This document shows, in pieces, positions 59,431 through 64,000 of a stretch of DNA of 64,000 bases (position 1 is the first letter of the stretch; every line of letters starts with the position of its first letter). The translations under genes were made by a program, and so were the position numbers. The stretch spans positions 64,001 to 128,000 of the forward strand of contig JBDIWC010000002.1 in NCBI GenBank assembly GCA_039794085.1. The letters run 5' to 3'. Origin of the DNA: Gemmatimonadales bacterium (lineage in GTDB: Bacteria; Gemmatimonadota; Gemmatimonadetes; Gemmatimonadales; GWC2-71-9). A model generated the notes under the pieces. It searched no databases. It worked only from the letters and a program-made list of their open reading frames with translations, and was not told the origin of the DNA.

Positions 59431-60140
59431 GCCTCATCATCGCGGGAGTACAGTATCACACCGCACGCCTCGCACCCGTCCAGCAGGAGGCCGGAGCGGA
59501 TCTGGCTCCGCCGGCTGGTCGGGACCGCGGTGTAGCACGCGCCGCAAGCGGCCCCATGCAGCGCCACGACCACGTGGGTCTGACGGGCTCCGCGCAGTCG
59601 GTCATACCGCATCAGGTGATTTCGTTCCACGGAGGCGGCCACGGCTTCCCGATCGGCCCTGCCCCGCTCCCGCTCAGTCATCAATTCCGCCTCGCGTGCG
59701 GCCAGTCCGTCCCGCTGCACCCGCTGCTCTTCCTCGAGAGCATCCGCGGCGCGTTCCGCCTCGGCCTGCTGGTGTTCCAGGAGGGTCACCGCCTCGGCCT
59801 GCCGAAGCCACTCCCCCTCCTCCCGGGCCAGCGCGGCGCGGGCAATCTCAAGTTCGGTGGTCAGTGCCTGGGCCTCCCGTGCGGTTTTCACCTGCTCCAT
59901 CCGTCCTCGACGGCTTTCCTGGATCGCCCGGAGTCCTTCGATGCGCCCCTCGAGCGCCTCGCGCTGTTTCCGGGCCGCCTTCACGCGCGTGGCCAGATCG
60001 CGAACCGCCCCGAGGCCGCGCTCCCGTTCCTTGTCGAGGGAATCGCGCTCGTCCAACAGAGCCTGCAATCGTTTGTCGACATCCAGCAGCGCAAAATCCT
60101 TCTCCTGCAATTCCAGCAATCGGGCGAGTTCGGGATGCAT
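59427..60140 (-). CDS. Coiled-coil protein with C-terminal C4 zinc ribbon (DUF164-like)
   Basis: Long coiled coil followed by CGAC...CEAC. Confidence 0.85.
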   Translation of the reverse strand: MHPELARLLELQEKDFALLDVDKRLQALLDERDSLDKERERGLGAVRDLATRVKAARKQREALEGRIEGLRAIQESRRGRMEQVKTAREAQALTTELEIARAALAREEGEWLRQAEAVTLLEHQQAEAERAADALEEEQRVQRDGLAAREAELMTERERGRADREAVAASVERNHLMRYDRLRGARQTHVVVALHGAACGACYTAVPTSRRSQIRSGLLLDGCEACGVILYSRDDEA

Positions 60141-60164
60141 GCGACTTCCTTCCGTGGGTGACTG

Positions 60165-61970
60165 TCAGAACCTGGCATTCCCCGGGGCCGCTCCCCGGGT
60201 CGTACGGCGATAGACAAAGCGTTGACGGGCCGTCGGGCTCATGGTCTCGAGCAAGGTGCGTTTCTGATGGGGGTCGGTGGCCGCCAGGTAGGCCTGAATC
60301 TGGGCTTCATCGCGAAGCTGGCTCAGGGCGGCATCGTATTCCGCGTCCCAATCGAGGCCTTCGGCGGCACGCACCTCTTCCTGCAAGCGGGCCAGCACCG
60401 CCGCGTGGTCTTCGCTCAGCGACGGGACCGCGGGCTCCCCGTCGTCATCCCGGGTCAGCTGTGCTGCGATGGCACGATAGGCCGGCACATCGAACAGGTC
60501 CGGGGATCCGTCGGCGCGCAACCGGGCCCTCCATTCCGGTCGTGCCAGGCAGACGTGCAGCAATCGGGCCTGGGCCCGGGCACCCGGAGAATGGGTGCGC
60601 GACGGGGAGGGAGGCGCGGGACGGTCCCGCCCCGGCGCTCCCCGTTCCCCCCCCCGAACCGGGGGTCCCCCCCGGAAGGCCGGTCCAGCCGAGGAACGCC
60701 CCGCCTCCAGCTCGGGCAGCAGGCTCTCCCGAGACACGCCGACCCGCTCGCTCAATCGACCCAGGTAGAGATCGCGGACGATCGGATCGGTCGTGGCGCG
60801 GATGGTCGGCAACAGGCGATCCACCGCCTCTCGTCGTTGGTCGAGTCTTTCGAACCACCCCTTCCGCTCCAGCAGTTGGATCTTACGGTCGAACAGATCC
60901 ACCGCATCGTCGAGCAGGGTTTCGAGGGCCGGGGCCCCGTTTCGCCGCACGAAGGTATCCGGATCCTCCCCCGCGGGCAGGGTGGCCACCCGGACCTGCA
61001 GTCCGTGCCGCAGAAGTTCATCGCCCGCCCGGAAGGTGGCCCGCAGTCCCGGCGTGTCACTGTCGTAGAGCAGAATGACCGTGGGAGCGAAACGCTTGAG
61101 GAGGGCGGCCTGGTCGGGAGTGAGACCCGTCCCCATCGGCGCCACGACGTGGTCGACGCCGACGAGCACGAGCCGCACCACGTCCACATACCCTTCCACA
61201 AGGATCGAGAATCCCGCCGATCGGATGGCGTGGCGAGCCGCATGGAGATGATAGAGGAGGGTCCCCTTGTGGAAGATGTCGGTGTCGGGCGAGTTCAGGT
61301 ACTTGGGCTCCCCCGGTCCGAGCAACCGCCCGCCAAAGGCCACGGTGCGCCCGCGCAGATCATGAATCGGGAAGAGGAGACGGTCCCGGAAACGGGCCCG
61401 CAGCAGGCCGTCATCCCGGCGCACAGCCAGCCCCGCATCGACCAGGACCTGGTCGGAGATCCCGAGGGTCCGCATGGCCTCGAAGAAGGGGGCCGGGTGC
61501 CGGGGAGCGTACCCCAGGCCCATCTCGAACGCGCTCTCGGGAGGAATCTCGCGATCGGTCAGATACCGGCGAGCCTGTTCCGCGTCCGCCCCTTCCCGGA
61601 GCGCCCGAGCGTAGTGTTCCCGGGCCACCTCCATGGCGGAGAAGAGCGGTTCGCGAAGGTCGGGTGTCTCACGGGCGGAGGACTCGGGAACGGTGATGCC
61701 GCTGCGCTGGCCGGCCTCTCGCACGGCCGAGGGATAGTCCAGTCCCTGGCGCTTCATGAACCAGGTGAACACATCTCCCGATTCATGGCACACATAGCAG
61801 TAGTAGATCCCCTTGCGGGGAATCACCGCAAAGTTTCGATGGGCTCCCCCATGAAAGGGACAGGGACCCCGATAATCGGCGCCGGTACGACGCAGGTTCA
61901 CCGATTCTCCGATGAGCCCGACCAGATCGGCCTGTTCCCGGATCTGCTCGATCACCTCCTCCGGTATCAT
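60165..61970 (-). CDS. dnaG: DNA primase
   Basis: CPFH...CYVC zinc-binding domain, FGGR, KYLNSPDT, VEGYVD and YDSD (TOPRIM). Confidence 0.97.
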   Translation of the reverse strand: MIPEEVIEQIREQADLVGLIGESVNLRRTGADYRGPCPFHGGAHRNFAVIPRKGIYYCYVCHESGDVFTWFMKRQGLDYPSAVREAGQRSGITVPESSARETPDLREPLFSAMEVAREHYARALREGADAEQARRYLTDREIPPESAFEMGLGYAPRHPAPFFEAMRTLGISDQVLVDAGLAVRRDDGLLRARFRDRLLFPIHDLRGRTVAFGGRLLGPGEPKYLNSPDTDIFHKGTLLYHLHAARHAIRSAGFSILVEGYVDVVRLVLVGVDHVVAPMGTGLTPDQAALLKRFAPTVILLYDSDTPGLRATFRAGDELLRHGLQVRVATLPAGEDPDTFVRRNGAPALETLLDDAVDLFDRKIQLLERKGWFERLDQRREAVDRLLPTIRATTDPIVRDLYLGRLSERVGVSRESLLPELEAGRSSAGPAFRGGPPVRGGERGAPGRDRPAPPSPSRTHSPGARAQARLLHVCLARPEWRARLRADGSPDLFDVPAYRAIAAQLTRDDDGEPAVPSLSEDHAAVLARLQEEVRAAEGLDWDAEYDAALSQLRDEAQIQAYLAATDPHQKRTLLETMSPTARQRFVYRRTTRGAAPGNARF

Positions 61971-61974
61971 CCTC

Positions 61975-64000
61975 TCATCCTCGCAGGTCCGCGATGGTGA
62001 CCCCGGTTCCCCCCTGGGCGGGGGGCGCAAAGGCATAGTGCCCCACCCGGGGATCCGCCGCGAGCACCCGATGCACGCATTCCCGCACCACCCCGGTCCC
62101 CATGCCGTGGATGATCCGCAGGGCCGGAAGATCCGCCAGGACCGCCGCATCCAGCGCACTCCGGGTCGCGCTCTCGGCCTCGTCCCCCCGCATCCCGCGG
62201 AGATCAATCTCGGAGGCCGCGTCGGGCGCTTCGAACACCGAGGGGGTCGCGGCCACCCGGACCGGTTCCCGGCCAGGCAGGGGCACCACTTCCGCGGCGG
62301 AGAGAACCACCTTAAGAGCACCGGCCCGGATCACGAGTCGGCCATCCCGCCGGATCTCCAGCACTTCTCCCACCCCGCCGCGGGACATGCGCACGCGGGT
62401 TCCCACGAGGATCGGCCCACCCCGGTCCTCGGGTTCCGGCGCGATGGCCACGACCGCGTCGTCCGGATCCGTCCCGCCCTGGATGGCGTCCTCCACCCGG
62501 CGGCGTGCCTCGCGGGCTCGGGCCTCGTCAACCCCTCCCCGTGCCAGTTCGAGCGCCTCTTCCACCGTCCCCCGGGCCTCGAGGAGAAAGCGGCGTGCCT
62601 TTTCCTTGCCTTCCCGTATCAGGGTGCGTTCCCTGTCCTCCACTTCCGATTCCCTCCGGCGCAGGGCGGCTTCGCGGCCGGCCTGGTCCCGAGCCACCGA
62701 CTCGGCCCACTCCCGGTCCTCTTCCAGCCGCTTCCGGGCCTCCTCCAAGCCCTGCTCGCGCGCCTCGACGCGAGTCAGGAGCTCCTCCAATGCTCTTTCC
62801 GTCACGGGAACCCGGGCCTCCGCATCGGCCAGCACCGCCGAGGAGAGGCCCAGACGTCGCGCGATGGCGATCCCATACGATCGGCCGGGGAGTCCCTTCC
62901 GGAAGTGCCAGGTCGGGGAGAGGGTCTCGGTGTCGAACTCCAGGGATCCGTTGACGACTCCGGGAAGGTCGGTGGCCAGCGTCTTGAGGGCACCGAGGTG
63001 TGTGGTGGCCACGGTCCGCACCCCGCGGCACGTCAGTTCCGAGAGCATGGCGGCAGCGAGGGCCGCCCCCTCCACGGGGTCAGTTCCACTTCCGATCTCA
63101 TCCACCAACACCAGGGAGTCCGGACCGGCCTCCTCCAGAATACGGCGCATGGTCGCCAGATGGGCGCTGAACGTACTGAGATTCGCCGCGATCGATTGAT
63201 GGTCCCCGATGTCCGCGAACACCGCCCCACAGAGGGGAATCACGCTTCCCGGTCCCACCACCGGCACCAGACCCGCCTGATGCATGAGGACGGTCAGCCC
63301 GATCGCCTTGATGAGCACGGTCTTGCCCCCGGTGTTCGGCCCGCTGATGACCAGGGTGTGCTCGGAAGGATCGAGCACCAGATCGAACGGGACCACGGGT
63401 CGCCCCTCATCCAGCAGGAGCGGATGCCGTCCCTGGCGGATGATGCAGGGCCCGTTGGTCTCCCCGAGGAGCGGCACCGTGGCCCCGGCCCCATGGGCGT
63501 GGCGCGCCCGGGCAAAGAGGTCGTCGGCTCTGACGCACATTTCCAGGGCCTCGGCAATGCCCTGGCCCTGGGGGCGGAGCATCTCGCTGACCTCACGGAG
63601 GACGATCAGGAGTTCCCGCGCCTCGTCGGCGATCGCCGCGCGCAGGGCGTTGCCGAGAGGGATCACGGCCGACGGCTCGATGAACAGGGTCCCGTGGGTG
63701 GCCGATTCGTCGTGGACCACCCCCGGTGGTCGGCTCCGGCTGTCCCGGCGCACCGGAATGACGTAGCGGCCCTCCCGAATCGTGATGGCCGCGTTTGGAA
63801 CGGTGGCAGTGGGCCCCAGGCCTCTCAACACGGAGTCCAGCCGGGCCAGCAAAAGCTCCCGGGCCCTCCCGACCCCACGCCGCGCGGCCAGCAATCCCGC
63901 ACTGGCATCATCCCGGATCTCTCCCGCCTCGTCGAGAACCTGGTCGAGGCGTTTGAGAATCAGGGGCGGCAGAGGGGGAGAGGCCAGGGCGGCCACCCGC
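61975..64000 (-). CDS. mutS2: MutS2 (5' end outside window)
   Basis: ISGPNTGGKT, DIGDHQSI..NLSTFS, DEIGSGTDP and C-terminal Smr domain (IDLRG, IIHGMGTG). Confidence 0.95.
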   Translation of the reverse strand, partial: RVAALASPPLPPLILKRLDQVLDEAGEIRDDASAGLLAARRGVGRARELLLARLDSVLRGLGPTATVPNAAITIREGRYVIPVRRDSRSRPPGVVHDESATHGTLFIEPSAVIPLGNALRAAIADEARELLIVLREVSEMLRPQGQGIAEALEMCVRADDLFARARHAHGAGATVPLLGETNGPCIIRQGRHPLLLDEGRPVVPFDLVLDPSEHTLVISGPNTGGKTVLIKAIGLTVLMHQAGLVPVVGPGSVIPLCGAVFADIGDHQSIAANLSTFSAHLATMRRILEEAGPDSLVLVDEIGSGTDPVEGAALAAAMLSELTCRGVRTVATTHLGALKTLATDLPGVVNGSLEFDTETLSPTWHFRKGLPGRSYGIAIARRLGLSSAVLADAEARVPVTERALEELLTRVEAREQGLEEARKRLEEDREWAESVARDQAGREAALRRRESEVEDRERTLIREGKEKARRFLLEARGTVEEALELARGGVDEARAREARRRVEDAIQGGTDPDDAVVAIAPEPEDRGGPILVGTRVRMSRGGVGEVLEIRRDGRLVIRAGALKVVLSAAEVVPLPGREPVRVAATPSVFEAPDAASEIDLRGMRGDEAESATRSALDAAVLADLPALRIIHGMGTGVVRECVHRVLAADPRVGHYAFAPPAQGGTGVTIADLRG

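Noticed and set aside
60141..60164. rpoD or another gene after dnaG
   Set aside because: dnaG is followed within about 25 bp by the zinc-ribbon gene. The absence of rpoD is ordinary gene-order variation.

Overview
High-GC bacterial chromosomal segment. Gene order and protein types suggest Gemmatimonadota (inference, not verified by search). About 55 kb is minus-strand housekeeping genes: mutS2-dnaG-recJ-rsmD-coaD-pta, a STAS/RsbW/PP2C partner-switching trio, rsmA, rex, infC-rpmI-rplT-pheST-zapA-rny-folD-xseAB-ispA-dxs-nadK-recN, aroA-cmk-rpsA, an acyl-CoA carboxylase cluster, rplM-rpsI-rpsB-tsf-pyrH-frr-uppS-cdsA-dxr-rseP and rpsO-pnp-M16 peptidase-ald-dut-mreB-mreC. Two accessory regions interrupt this. 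(1) 7.3-10.0 kb: a lipoprotein gene, a GTAG-type REP, and a ~1.1 kb non-coding mosaic array built from inverted CACGAAG/TTTCGTG motifs in A-B-A-A-B-A order. (2) 27.3-33.4 kb, mostly plus strand, between aroA and tRNA-Leu(UAA): a GspE/PilB-type ATPase fused to a C-terminal receiver domain, a stand-alone receiver, two class III-signal pilins, two paralogous single-pass membrane proteins and a front-end-type fatty acid desaturase. It has no platform protein, secretin, peptidase or kinase, and it is the best candidate for an uncharacterised system. Also visible are a perfect Rex operator, an infC CTG start behind a terminator/antiterminator leader, and an inverted heptamer-repeat element. Start codons were re-picked by eye, and no database searches were run.
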